Of a stretch of 64,000 nucleotides of DNA, positions 8,243-18,324 are shown one piece after another. The DNA lies in IMG/VR virus record IMGVR_UViG_3300030419_006954, positions 31,566 through 95,565 of that record. One strand, given 5' to 3'. Under the pieces are notes generated by a model, which was not told the origin of the DNA, ran no database searches, and saw only the letters and a program-made list of their open reading frames with translations. Both the position numbers and the translations under genes were made by a program. How positions within the stretch are numbered: the stretch's first letter is position 1; each line of letters opens with the position of its first letter. This stretch comes from a virus.

Positions 8243-9888
8243 TGAAGAGATATAAGTGGCTTAACAAAGATTCCCGCGATTTCTTAAAACGGGGGTATTT
8301 GAGAGAAGGAGAATCAGCAGAACAGCGAGGTCATGACATTGCTGTCGCCGCAGAAAAACTTCTAAAAATAAAAGGCTTTTCTGATAAGTTCGAAGAATAC
8401 CTAAGAAGAGGTTTTTATTCTCTATCTAGTCCTGTGTGGGCCAACTTTGGCAGAGATAGGGGCCTTCCTATTTCTTGTAATGGAGTCTTCATAGAAGACC
8501 GTATGGACGCGATTCTTGACAAGCAAGCTGAAGTAGGAATGCAAACAAAGCATGGCTCTGGCACTTCTGGATATTTTGGTGAGTTACGAGGAAGAGGTGC
8601 TGAAATTTCAGCGGGAGGGACTTCAAGCGGCCCAGTCCACTTTATGGAATTATTTGACAAAGTTTCTTCTGTTGTTTCTCAAAGCAATGTAAGAAGAGGC
8701 TCCTTTGCCGCTTACCTACCTGTAGATCATCCTGATATTAATGAATTTTTAAGAATACGCAGCGAGGGTAACCCAATACAAGAAATGTCCTTTGCTGTGT
8801 GTATCACAGACAAATGGATGCGATCTATGATAGAAGGAGATAGGAAGAAGAGATCTGTGTGGGCTTCTATTATAAAAAAAAGATTTGAAACTGGTTATCC
8901 CTATATATTTTTTACGGATAACGCCAATCAACAAGCTCCCAAGCCTTACAAGGATAAAAAGCTGCAAATCCACGCCTCCAATCTGTGTAGCGAAATATTC
9001 TTACATTCCTCAGAAGAAGAATCCTTTGTCTGTTGTTTATCTTCTCTAAACTTACTTGAATGGGACGAGATAGAAAAAACCGATGCTATTGAGACTCTCG
9101 TTTATTTTTTGGATGCCGTAATGGAAGAGTATATCCAAAAAACAGAAGATATTCCCTATATGCAAGCCTCTCACAATTTTGCCAAGAGGCAAAGGGCATT
9201 GGGGGTTGGGGTTCTTGGTTGGCACTCTTTCTTGCAATCTAAACTGATACCATTCGAAGGAATGGAGGCTAAGTTTTTAAACAGGCAAATCCACAGAACC
9301 ATAAGAGAGAGAGCAGATAACGCCACAAAAGAACTATCTGGTTTATTGGGAGAGCCGTTACATTTAGAAGGCTATGGCAGACGCAATATGACAACAATAG
9401 CGATTGCCCCTACAACTTCCAGCTCTTTTATATTGGGTCAGGTTTCTCCATCAATTGAACCCCTAAATAGTAACTACTTTACAAAAGATCTAGCTAAAGG
9501 CAAATTTACTTATAAAAACCCTTATTTAGAGAGTCTTTTAGAAGAAAAAAAGAAAAACACCCAAGCAACTTGGAAATCTATTCTTAGCAAAGGTGGATCA
9601 GTCCAACACTTAGACTTTTTATCTGAAGAAGAAAAATCTGTATTTAAAACATTTGGAGAAACATCTCAAAAAGAGATTGTTATTCAAGCTTCTCAGCGCC
9701 AAAAGTTTATAGACCAAGGCCAAAGCTTGAACCTGATGATTTCTCCGAAATGCCCTCCCAAGCAAGTAAGCGAACTTCTTATCTTTGGGTGGGAGCAGGG
9801 GATCAAGAGCTTCTATTACCAACGTAGCGCCAATCCTAGCCAAGAACTTGCTCGCTCTATTTTAAATTGTTCCTCTTGTGAAGGATAA
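8242..9888 (+). CDS. nrdA: Ribonucleotide reductase class I large (alpha) subunit, no ATP cone
   Basis: LPISC, VRRGSFAAYL, SNLCSE, IAPTTSSS, KSFYY, C-terminal CSSCEG. Confidence 0.95.
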   Translation: MKRYKWLNKDSRDFLKRGYLREGESAEQRGHDIAVAAEKLLKIKGFSDKFEEYLRRGFYSLSSPVWANFGRDRGLPISCNGVFIEDRMDAILDKQAEVGMQTKHGSGTSGYFGELRGRGAEISAGGTSSGPVHFMELFDKVSSVVSQSNVRRGSFAAYLPVDHPDINEFLRIRSEGNPIQEMSFAVCITDKWMRSMIEGDRKKRSVWASIIKKRFETGYPYIFFTDNANQQAPKPYKDKKLQIHASNLCSEIFLHSSEEESFVCCLSSLNLLEWDEIEKTDAIETLVYFLDAVMEEYIQKTEDIPYMQASHNFAKRQRALGVGVLGWHSFLQSKLIPFEGMEAKFLNRQIHRTIRERADNATKELSGLLGEPLHLEGYGRRNMTTIAIAPTTSSSFILGQVSPSIEPLNSNYFTKDLAKGKFTYKNPYLESLLEEKKKNTQATWKSILSKGGSVQHLDFLSEEEKSVFKTFGETSQKEIVIQASQRQKFIDQGQSLNLMISPKCPPKQVSELLIFGWEQGIKSFYYQRSANPSQELARSILNCSSCEG

Positions 9889-9896
9889 GTGTAAAT
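9887..9896 (+). promoter_or_regulatory. RGTGTAAW motif upstream of ORF at 9905
   Basis: aaGTGTAAat, 10 nt before ATG 9905. Confidence 0.5.
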
Positions 9897-9904
9897 TAAA
9901 CAGG

Positions 9905-10321
9905 ATGAAGTCTAGCTTTTCAGATAAAATTTATACTTGCCTTGCGGCTAAGGTAATTAAATTTAATGAAGAAAATACGCCTCGCGTTACCTTAGACCAA
10001 TTAATTAGGGTATATAAGAGAGGGGAAAAAACATCAAGAGTTTTCTTTTCTTTCGACAAAAGCCCCGCTCAGTGGGCCATGGCCCGAGTAAACATGTTTT
10101 TAAGGCTCAGTGCAGATCGTCGTGTCGCAGACGCTTATCGCTTTCAAGACTTAGATATATCTGAAGGAACAGACCGCACCTATCACCAAGAAGAAGCAGA
10201 ACCCTTTTGGAAATTTTCTGAATTAGACTTCACTATGGCTCGTTCTGATTTGTTATTGTTTCACATCACTGATCAGGAGGCGGAAAGCACATTTTACCCG
10301 CCCCCCGTTGAAGAAATTTAA
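9905..10321 (+). CDS. Phage hypothetical protein with QWAMARVN motif
   Basis: TLDQLIRVYKRG...QWAMARVNMFL is a module I recognise from large-phage proteins. Start moved to ATG 9905, downstream of the GTGTAA motif. Confidence 0.55.
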   Translation: MKSSFSDKIYTCLAAKVIKFNEENTPRVTLDQLIRVYKRGEKTSRVFFSFDKSPAQWAMARVNMFLRLSADRRVADAYRFQDLDISEGTDRTYHQEEAEPFWKFSELDFTMARSDLLLFHITDQEAESTFYPPPVEEI

Positions 10322-10335
10322 ATTCAGCCTATAAT
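10308..10335 (+). promoter_or_regulatory. sigma70-like promoter for the glycan cassette
   Basis: TTGAAG-16 nt-TATAAT, followed by the inverted repeat CATACC-agt-GGTATG. Confidence 0.55.
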
Positions 10336-10352
10336 CATACCAGTGGTATGAA

Positions 10353-11225
10353 ATGAAGGTTTTATTTGTATCTGACTTCACCTTAGAGCGCAACCAAGTT
10401 GGTGGCGCACAACTAAGCAACTCCTTTATAATAGAAAAGGGCAAAGAGCTTGGTCATGAGATTGTGGAACACGATTATACGTCGTCCATAGTAGATTTTT
10501 TAGCTACATATGACCTTTTGATTAGCTCTAATGTAGAGGCTATAAACGAAAAATCTCCAGAAAAGCTGGATTTTATTTTTAAGCATCCCAACCACATTAG
10601 GTTAGAACACGATTCATGTTCTTATTTGAGCAATAAGACTAGACAAAAACTATTTGAATCTTCAAAACAAAACTTTTTTCTTTCTCAGTTTCACATTTCT
10701 TTTTTTAAAAGGCTTTATGGTGATTTTTTTAAAAACGTAGAAATTGTTTATGATCCCATAAATACCGATATTTTTAAGCCCAAAAATGTGGAAAAATTAT
10801 ATGATGTAGTTTACTGTGGGTATTTACACCCCCTAAAAGGGCTTAACAGCCTCGTTTCATTCGCGCAGGATAATCCAAACAGAGAAATTAACGTTTTTGG
10901 ATGGGGTGATTTTAACTGTGATGAGTTTTTTAGCAATTATTCTAATTTAAACTTCGGGGGCATTAAAAAATATCAAGAAATAGCGACGATCCTCCAGCAA
11001 ACCAAGGCTGTTTATCACAATCCCACCGTTAACGAGCCGTTTTGCAGGATGGTAGCAGAAGCTCTTTTGTGTGGGGTCGAAGAATTCATAGGCGACACAG
11101 ACAAAATTGGGTCTTACTTAGAATTTCAAGCTGTAGGGCGAGAAAAATTTGAAGAGGGCTGCAATAATGCGGCTGACAATTTTTGGGAAAAAGTAAATGA
11201 AAGGTCTTTATCATGTGTGATTTAA
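10353..11225 (+). CDS. Glycosyltransferase family 4-like
   Basis: GGAQ loop, GYLHPLKG, NEPFCRMVAEALLCG. Confidence 0.85.
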   Translation: MKVLFVSDFTLERNQVGGAQLSNSFIIEKGKELGHEIVEHDYTSSIVDFLATYDLLISSNVEAINEKSPEKLDFIFKHPNHIRLEHDSCSYLSNKTRQKLFESSKQNFFLSQFHISFFKRLYGDFFKNVEIVYDPINTDIFKPKNVEKLYDVVYCGYLHPLKGLNSLVSFAQDNPNREINVFGWGDFNCDEFFSNYSNLNFGGIKKYQEIATILQQTKAVYHNPTVNEPFCRMVAEALLCGVEEFIGDTDKIGSYLEFQAVGREKFEEGCNNAADNFWEKVNERSLSCVI

Positions 11226-12055
11226 TTTGCGGAACATATTTCAAACATCAGTGTCGGACGAGAATAAGTAACTATATAGACGAAAGAACACCTGTCTTTG
11301 AGTTCACAGAAGCAGAAGAAGGGCATGAAAATTACGTTTATTGCAAACCAGAATTTATGCAACTTTTAAAAGATTCTAAACTATTAAAAGACGGGCCGTT
11401 TACGTTAATTACTCACAACTCAGATATTAATTTTGATGAGGAGTATGTAGAAGCCGTATTAGAATTTTTTCCTGAGATAGAGCATTGGTATACTCAAAAC
11501 TTGCTTTATAAACATCCGAAGGTTTCTCCCATCCCCATTGGTATAGCAAACCCAAGGTGGTCTCATGGCAATCAAGAGCGCTTCAAAAAAATAATTGAAG
11601 AAAACAACAAAAAAGATAGAGCATACTATGCTAACTTTAATGTCTCTACAAACCCTTTAGAAAGGACTGAGTGTTACAAGCAGCTAGGTATAGAGTCGCC
11701 TACCGATTATCCAAACGCAACCTCTATAGAGGAACACAACAAGTTTGTTAATAAAACCCAAGAAAAATATTTAAGAAATATAGCAAAGTCTTTTTTTACG
11801 GTTTCACCTGATGGTAATGGCAAAGACTGTCACAAAACCTGGGAAGCTTTATATATGAAAAGTATCCCTATTGTTAAGAGGTGGCATGGTGCAGAAAGGT
11901 TTAAAGAGCTAGGAATACCCATGTTAATTGTAGATAACTGGTCTGAGTTTAAAGATTTAGATCTTTGTGAGGATTTATATCTCAGCCTGTGGGGTGAATT
12001 CAAGCCCTCTTTCCTTAACTTCGATCTATTTAAGAAAGGTGAAAAATCTTCATAA
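11213..12055 (+). CDS. Exostosin/GT47-like glycosyltransferase
   Basis: LITHNSD, PIPIG, FTVSPDGNGKDCHKTWEALYMKSIPIV. Confidence 0.65.
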   Translation: MCDLICGTYFKHQCRTRISNYIDERTPVFEFTEAEEGHENYVYCKPEFMQLLKDSKLLKDGPFTLITHNSDINFDEEYVEAVLEFFPEIEHWYTQNLLYKHPKVSPIPIGIANPRWSHGNQERFKKIIEENNKKDRAYYANFNVSTNPLERTECYKQLGIESPTDYPNATSIEEHNKFVNKTQEKYLRNIAKSFFTVSPDGNGKDCHKTWEALYMKSIPIVKRWHGAERFKELGIPMLIVDNWSEFKDLDLCEDLYLSLWGEFKPSFLNFDLFKKGEKSS

Positions 12056-12725
12056 AGTTTACATAATTCACTATACAAAATTGACATCCCGAAAAGCTCA
12101 CATGCTAAATGAGCTTCAGCGGTGGTTTCCCAATATTGAATATGAATTTGTAGAGGAGTTAGATCAAGAAGATTTAACAGATGATATTATACAGGAAAAC
12201 TTTGATTTGCTATCTTTTAAAAATAGGTTTGGCAGAGATATGCTTAGATCTGAAATGTCTTTATGTATGAAATATAAAAAAGCCATTAATGATATTTCTA
12301 AATTACCAGAAGGAGAAGATTTTTTTATTTTAGAAGATGATGTTATATTTAAAGAAGACCCTTTAAACTATATAGAGGCCATGAACCGATTGTGCGACGA
12401 ACATAAACTAAAATATGATTGTGTATTTTTGGGCGAAGCTTGGATAAGGCGTGATGATAACAGAGATATTTTTGGGAAGAAAGATCATCCAGCGACGAAT
12501 GGATTATGCACTGTTTTATATACCAAAGAATCTGTAAAAAAACTAAACAAGTATTTGCAGTCTACCAAAATAACACAACCCCTAGACTGGCAATTCAATG
12601 ATGCTTTCGAGCAGTTGGATTTTGATGTGTATTGGGGCAAAGCTTTAACTAGGCACGGTAGCGTATTGGCTTTAGACGGAGAAGATTTCAAAAATTTTAA
12701 ATCTACCCTGAGAGACACATATTAA
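12039..12725 (+). CDS. Glycosyltransferase family 25-like
   Basis: VYIIHYTKLTSRK, SEMSLCMK, FILEDDV, PLDW; GTG start at 12039 after aagaaag. Confidence 0.8.
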   Translation: MKNLHKVYIIHYTKLTSRKAHMLNELQRWFPNIEYEFVEELDQEDLTDDIIQENFDLLSFKNRFGRDMLRSEMSLCMKYKKAINDISKLPEGEDFFILEDDVIFKEDPLNYIEAMNRLCDEHKLKYDCVFLGEAWIRRDDNRDIFGKKDHPATNGLCTVLYTKESVKKLNKYLQSTKITQPLDWQFNDAFEQLDFDVYWGKALTRHGSVLALDGEDFKNFKSTLRDTY

Positions 12726-12726
12726 A

Positions 12727-13671
12727 ATGCCCGAAAAAATTAAATTAAAGTTTTCATCTCCTTGGGATTCTGCTAAAACCAATAATGCGAGGGTAGAATA
12801 TAATTGGGGAACTCTTCCTGAGTGTTTCGAATTAACCAGTGGAAGCGACTATGATTTTTTGATTGTTTTAAATCATAGCCGAGAAATGTATTGTTCTCCT
12901 AGAGAAAAAAACATAGCCGTGACCATGGAACCTACATGGAGCATTAATTCTCTAAAAAATTTAAATGATTATTGCCAACACATAATAACTAGCGATAAGA
13001 AAATAAAAGGAGAAAACATTAATTATACATACTCTTTTCTTTTTACCCACGACTCCAGAAACAATAGTGATACAAACAATTTATACGGTCCCACCGTTGA
13101 TGACTATTTAAACAATAATTCTTTTCCTGACGACATAGACTCAGCCGATTACCCCAAAAAAATATCTTACATGGTAGCTAGCCATGGAGCGTTAAACGGC
13201 ACTCCCCACCACTCATCATCTAACTACATCTTAAGAGAAAACTTACTTCTGGAAATTCTAAACTCTGATTTAGACATTGATATTTATGGAAGGGGTTGGA
13301 ATATAAACGATTCTCGCTATAAGGGCGCACCTCCTTTAAAAAAAGAGGCTTTAAAGGACTATAAGTATTCCATTTGTATCGAAAACAGTTGCGAAGATTT
13401 TTATATTTCTGAAAAGTTTTTCGATGCCGTTTTAAACAACTGCATACCAATATATTACGGATGCAAAAGCATAGATGAAGCATATAATCCAGATTCTTTT
13501 ATTATATTTGATCCTACATCAAAAAATGTAATAGATAATTTAAAAAATATTATCAATGAACCAATCTCTTGGCGACTAGAAGCTGTGAAGAAGGCTAAGA
13601 ATGAATATTACAACAGACATAATTTACTGAAATATTTAGAAAACTTTATAAAAAATGAAATATCTAATTAA
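12727..13671 (+). CDS. Glycosyltransferase family 10 (alpha-1,3-fucosyltransferase-like)
   Basis: YKYSICIENS..DFYISEKFFDAVLNNCIPIYYG. Confidence 0.85.
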   Translation: MPEKIKLKFSSPWDSAKTNNARVEYNWGTLPECFELTSGSDYDFLIVLNHSREMYCSPREKNIAVTMEPTWSINSLKNLNDYCQHIITSDKKIKGENINYTYSFLFTHDSRNNSDTNNLYGPTVDDYLNNNSFPDDIDSADYPKKISYMVASHGALNGTPHHSSSNYILRENLLLEILNSDLDIDIYGRGWNINDSRYKGAPPLKKEALKDYKYSICIENSCEDFYISEKFFDAVLNNCIPIYYGCKSIDEAYNPDSFIIFDPTSKNVIDNLKNIINEPISWRLEAVKKAKNEYYNRHNLLKYLENFIKNEISN

Positions 13672-14362
13672 TTACGCGGACCTTGGGTTTAAGGAGGCTC
13701 AGAAAATAAATTCTACCTCTGGTATAGTATGTGGATTTGATTCTGTCATACAATATAGCAAGCCTAATATAGACAAAAAATTTTTAGAAGAAAACTTTAA
13801 AATTTTAGACCAAAAACGTGGGGCTGGCTATTGGCTGTGGAAACCATATTTTATTTTAAAAACCTTGCGAAACACTAATGAGGGGGATATTATATTTTAT
13901 TCAGATAGTGGGGCGCAGTTTATAAAACACATGAATCCTATTTTTGAAAAGATAGAAAAATCTGATAGAGGAGTTCTTATTTTTAGACTTCCAGGCCATC
14001 ACAAAGAAAACGAATACTGTAGAAAGCAGGTAGCAGAAGAAGTGGTGAATTGTGACAAAGAAATAATGGAAAGCGATCAACATATGGCGAGCTTTGTAGG
14101 GCTCCGTAATTGTGTAGACTCAATTGCCATAATTTGTAAATGGCTAAACCTTTGCACAAAAGAACATCTTATTACAGATATGCCTCCCCAAGAGGATGAG
14201 TTTCCCATGTTCAAAGACCACCGTCACGATCAGAGCCTTTTAAGCCTTTTAAGTAAAAAACTAAACTTAGAGACGGCTCCTGATCCATCTCAATGGGGCC
14301 TTGTTCACAAGCAAACAACCGAAGAAGATCATTTTATTTATCACCACCGAAACAGGCAGTAA
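13655..14362 (+). CDS. Putative glycosyltransferase (GT-A-like)
   Basis: GYWLWKPYFI, YSDSG, HRHDQS motifs; context. Confidence 0.6.
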   Translation: MKYLINYADLGFKEAQKINSTSGIVCGFDSVIQYSKPNIDKKFLEENFKILDQKRGAGYWLWKPYFILKTLRNTNEGDIIFYSDSGAQFIKHMNPIFEKIEKSDRGVLIFRLPGHHKENEYCRKQVAEEVVNCDKEIMESDQHMASFVGLRNCVDSIAIICKWLNLCTKEHLITDMPPQEDEFPMFKDHRHDQSLLSLLSKKLNLETAPDPSQWGLVHKQTTEEDHFIYHHRNRQ

Positions 14363-14374
14363 AAAAAATCTACA

Positions 14375-15094
14375 ATGAGTAACTTACCCACCAATATAGG
14401 CAAAGATATACTTTTTTATTCTCATTTAGGTTTAGGCGACAATATAAGCTGCAACGGGATTGCCCACTACTTGGCCGAAAGATACAAAAAAAATATTTTT
14501 GTTGCATCAAAAGAGAAAAATTACAAAAGCTTATCTTTTCTTTACAAAGACTTCCCTAATATAAGCATTATCCCTGTTACAAACGATCCACATGAGGAGC
14601 AAAGGGAAATTATAAAAATTGCAGAGAAGCACAATCTTTATTTAATAAGAACCTTTATTCGCTCCATGAAAGATCCTTGGGATGTGGATTTTTATAACAT
14701 ATTAGATATAGACTATAATATTAAATTTGATTATTGTCGTTTACCATCCATTAGCAATAAGAAAGAAATAATTTCTAAAGTTCTTAAGAAAAACAAAATA
14801 AAAGAAGGAGAAGATTTTGCTTTTGTTCACCAAGATAAATCCCGTGGGTTTACATTTGAATATAAAACGGATTTACCAGTGGTTTTCAACGAATTAGACT
14901 TGAATGTATTTGAAATGTCTTGTATTTTAACCAGAGCCGCCGAACTTCATATGATGGGTAGCAGTTTAATTTGTATTGCTGAATTATTAAAACTGCCGAC
15001 CAATAAACAAAAAGCTTTTTTTTACAATATTAGATCAAACGATGGCGAAACTATAAACATTAACAATAAGAAAAACTGGAAATATTATGTCTGA
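14375..15094 (+). CDS. Putative glycosyltransferase (GLGD motif; GT9/fucosyltransferase-like)
   Basis: HLGLGDNISCNG N-terminus, FVHQD; context. Confidence 0.55.
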   Translation: MSNLPTNIGKDILFYSHLGLGDNISCNGIAHYLAERYKKNIFVASKEKNYKSLSFLYKDFPNISIIPVTNDPHEEQREIIKIAEKHNLYLIRTFIRSMKDPWDVDFYNILDIDYNIKFDYCRLPSISNKKEIISKVLKKNKIKEGEDFAFVHQDKSRGFTFEYKTDLPVVFNELDLNVFEMSCILTRAAELHMMGSSLICIAELLKLPTNKQKAFFYNIRSNDGETININNKKNWKYYV

Positions 15095-15395
15095 TACATT
15101 AGGAGGATTAATTGATAAATTGATTACCATCGACATGAAAATGTGGGATAATCAGGAATTTTTATATGAAGTTAGAAGGTTAAGCTTTGATGAGTTCAAA
15201 GAGAAGTTCACACAAACAGAAGAACAAAAAAAATCCTTATTTGAGTCTGTAAAAAAGTGTTGTGACTTAAACGTGCAAAGAAGTCAACTTATAGATGAGG
15301 TGGATGAAAAAATTGTAGAAATAGTTCGAACTTCTTCTGAGGGTGAAAATTTAGACTCAGGCAAATTTATCCAAAGAAAACATAAAACATACTAA
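15087..15395 (+). CDS. DUF4254-like helical protein
   Basis: DTLGGLIDKL..IDMKMWDNQE...LNVQRSQLIDEVD; usually found with glycosyltransferases. Confidence 0.6.
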   Translation: MSDTLGGLIDKLITIDMKMWDNQEFLYEVRRLSFDEFKEKFTQTEEQKKSLFESVKKCCDLNVQRSQLIDEVDEKIVEIVRTSSEGENLDSGKFIQRKHKTY

Positions 15396-15398
15396 AAA

Positions 15399-16250
15399 GT
15401 GAAACATTGCCATTTTTCAATTTTGTATAATGAGTTACCCTTTTTAAAACAAAAGCTACCTTTCTTATACAAACATTTCGGCCAGCTTATATTTTTTGAT
15501 TTAAATGTGGGGACCGAAAATCCTCATTTTTCTTTGGATGGATCTCATGAATTTATAAGAGACTATCCAGACCCAGACAAAAAAATTACACTAATAAACC
15601 AAAAAGACATAAATAACGTAGGGGTTTTTACTGGTGCTGGTTCTATTGAAAAACAAAAGATGTTTGCTGTTGGTTCTCAATATGTGGAAGATGACGTTGA
15701 TGTTTTTTGGTGTAGCGATTTAGACGAATTTTTTAATGAATCTTTTATATATAAAGTCGAAAAAGTTTTGGAAATTCCTGATGTCAACACTGTAGACCTA
15801 GAACATTATCTTTTTTGGAAAGACTTTAATCATATCTTGTGTTATCCACACTCAAATACTCGCAAAATGTATGCGCGAGTTTGCCGCCACAAAAGAGGCA
15901 ATCTTTACGGCCACTGTTCTTTACAAAACCAATTTCCAAAAACTGCTTTTATAGATGATGAAAAATATTATCATTTTGCGTGGCTAGGGGACTCAAGGGT
16001 TTTAAGCAAATTCAATCATTATTCTACTCCCCCGACAGGAAGCACTTCTAATAAAAGAATGTATGAAAAATATTGGGAAAATATATGGCAACCATTTAAC
16101 TCCAAAAGACTCTTTAAAGATGGGAAAGATCTACAGGGATATCCTCACATGCACCCCAACTCCGCAATAGAAATGGGTATTAGAAAATTTGTAGGCTCTC
16201 TTCCCTCTTATGTTAATTATGAGGAGCTAGAAAAAGATTTGAACACCTAA
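15399..16250 (+). CDS. Glycosyltransferase family 2-like
   Basis: YNELPFL, SLDGS, WCSDLDEFF (DxD), YHFAW. Confidence 0.7.
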   Translation: MKHCHFSILYNELPFLKQKLPFLYKHFGQLIFFDLNVGTENPHFSLDGSHEFIRDYPDPDKKITLINQKDINNVGVFTGAGSIEKQKMFAVGSQYVEDDVDVFWCSDLDEFFNESFIYKVEKVLEIPDVNTVDLEHYLFWKDFNHILCYPHSNTRKMYARVCRHKRGNLYGHCSLQNQFPKTAFIDDEKYYHFAWLGDSRVLSKFNHYSTPPTGSTSNKRMYEKYWENIWQPFNSKRLFKDGKDLQGYPHMHPNSAIEMGIRKFVGSLPSYVNYEELEKDLNT

Positions 16251-16259
16251 TGTAACCGT

Positions 16260-16667
16260 ATGAAGTTTTTGCCTCTCGATACCTCCGATAAAAGTAAACA
16301 TCTTTTGCAACATTTTTTAGATAGTGCAGGAACATCTCTTGTTGGCTTTAGATATTACAATACCAGAGATTTTGATGTAATAAAAAATCATATTTTTTCA
16401 TTTCTTTTGTATGATGGAGAAAAATGTGTAGGTTACGGCCACTTAGACAGAGAAAAAGAAAAGGTATGGCTAGGTATTTGTGTCCGAGAAACTTGCACAG
16501 GATTAGGTTATGGCGACATAATTATGAAAAAATTAATTTCACTACACAGCGGAACCATTTTGCTAACCGTTGATTCCACAAACGAGGTAGCTATTAATCT
16601 ATATAAAAAGTATAATTTTGAAATAAACTCCGAAAGAAGAAATATTTATTTAATGAAAAGAAAATGA
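16260..16667 (+). CDS. GNAT N-acetyltransferase
   Basis: GICV...TGLGYG, LTVDSTNEVAINLYKKYNF. Confidence 0.85.
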   Translation: MKFLPLDTSDKSKHLLQHFLDSAGTSLVGFRYYNTRDFDVIKNHIFSFLLYDGEKCVGYGHLDREKEKVWLGICVRETCTGLGYGDIIMKKLISLHSGTILLTVDSTNEVAINLYKKYNFEINSERRNIYLMKRK

Positions 16668-17758
16668 TACCTCTTTACCAGCCGTTTTTACCCCGAAAAA
16701 GCATAATATATGCAAACGAAGCCATCCGATCTAATTGGATTTCCTCGCTTGGCAAATATTCTTCGTTGGCGGCAGAAAAACTAGCAGAAATTCATGGTGT
16801 AAAGTTTTGCATTCTTACGAATAATGGCACAGCCGCTACACATTTGGTTGCTAAAAGTCTCAAGAAAAAATACCCCACCATTAAGAAAATATACGTTCCA
16901 TCTGCGTGTTATGTGGCAGCATACAATAGTTTACTTTATGACAAAATCGGGTGGGAAGTAGAAGCTGTAGATTTGTCTGAAGAAACCTGGAACTCAGATT
17001 TTAGCTGTATAAAACCAGAAAAAAATTCTGCATTAATGGTCGTCCATAACTTAGGAAACATTGTGGATGTTTTAAAACTAAAAGAAAAATTTAACATTCC
17101 TATTATAGAAGATAATTGTGAAGGTTTTTTTGGTGAATATGGGGGATATCCATCAGGCTCCAAGTCTCTAGCATCTTCTCTTTCTTTCTTTGGTAATAAA
17201 AATATAACTACTGGAGAAGGAGGGGCTTTTCTCACAAATGACGAGTCTATTTATAATTATTCTAACAAAATAAAAGGCCAAGGCCAAACATCAACCCGTT
17301 ACATCCACGATGAACTTGGCTATAATTACAGAATGACAAACGTTCAAGCCGCCATATTGCTCGGCCAACTTGAAGAGATAGACACTATAAAAGAAAAGAA
17401 GAAAAAAGTTTTTAATTATTTTAGGGAAAGATTAAGTCAGATTGAAGGCGTCACAAACCAAGCTATAGAAGCTAACACTAGCCATTCTATGTGGATGATA
17501 GGAGCGCGATTTAACCCAGAAAGATTTAATGTTTCTAAGCTAGAACAAGAATTGGGAGCCAATGGCATAGAGACCAGAAAAATGTTTTATCCTTATACTG
17601 CTCACAAACATTTAAAATTTAAAGGTGCCACCGACATAAGCTCTTTGATCAATTCTCAGGTTTTAATGTTGCCTTCTTATCCAGAACTGAAAAAATTAGA
17701 AATCGACAAAATTTCTTCGACAATAGAGAAGCATTCAAAAACTAAAAACACGAATTAG
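16664..17758 (+). CDS. DegT/DnrJ/StrS aminotransferase (GDP-perosamine synthase-like)
   Basis: WISSLG, NGTAATH, IIEDNCE, SFFGNKNITTGEGG, GYNYRMTNVQAA. Confidence 0.9.
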   Translation: MIPLYQPFLPRKSIIYANEAIRSNWISSLGKYSSLAAEKLAEIHGVKFCILTNNGTAATHLVAKSLKKKYPTIKKIYVPSACYVAAYNSLLYDKIGWEVEAVDLSEETWNSDFSCIKPEKNSALMVVHNLGNIVDVLKLKEKFNIPIIEDNCEGFFGEYGGYPSGSKSLASSLSFFGNKNITTGEGGAFLTNDESIYNYSNKIKGQGQTSTRYIHDELGYNYRMTNVQAAILLGQLEEIDTIKEKKKKVFNYFRERLSQIEGVTNQAIEANTSHSMWMIGARFNPERFNVSKLEQELGANGIETRKMFYPYTAHKHLKFKGATDISSLINSQVLMLPSYPELKKLEIDKISSTIEKHSKTKNTN

Positions 17759-17763
17759 ACGTT

Positions 17764-18324
17764 ATGAAAACTCCAGCATTTTGGCCTGAAAAGGGCCACT
17801 TAAATTTAAATCAATACTATTATATCAAAACATTGGTAGAAGGTAAAAACATCGAATATGCTTTAGAAACAGGATTCCACACGGGTAGATCAGCCTTGTC
17901 TATTTTGAATAATTGCAAAAATTTAAAAAGGATGATTAGTATTGACAACAATTTTGTTCATGAAAGAAAAAAGCTTCTTGAAGAAAAATTTCCTCACTTT
18001 AAGGGGGTTGAATCCGATTCAAAATTAGCTTTAACGGAGGAGTTTTTTGAAACCAATTACCCCGAAGGAATAGACTATTGTTTGGTGGACGGCGATCACT
18101 CTTATTATGGATGCCTGAGTGATTTAAAATTAGTTTTGCCGCATATGAAAAACGGAGGTCTTATTGTCATAGACGACTATGAATCGGGGCCACCAGACGG
18201 ATGTCCTATACCAGAGGTTACAGCCGCATGTGATCATTTTTATGGAGAGAACGCCGACAAACTATCAAGAGAAAAATGGCACAAATCGGGCAAAGGATTT
18301 TGTGTATTCACAATTAAGGAATGA
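17764..18324 (+). CDS. Class I SAM-dependent methyltransferase (Methyltransf_24-like)
   Basis: LETGFHTGRS, VDGDHSY, GGLIVIDDY. Confidence 0.85.
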   Translation: MKTPAFWPEKGHLNLNQYYYIKTLVEGKNIEYALETGFHTGRSALSILNNCKNLKRMISIDNNFVHERKKLLEEKFPHFKGVESDSKLALTEEFFETNYPEGIDYCLVDGDHSYYGCLSDLKLVLPHMKNGGLIVIDDYESGPPDGCPIPEVTAACDHFYGENADKLSREKWHKSGKGFCVFTIKE

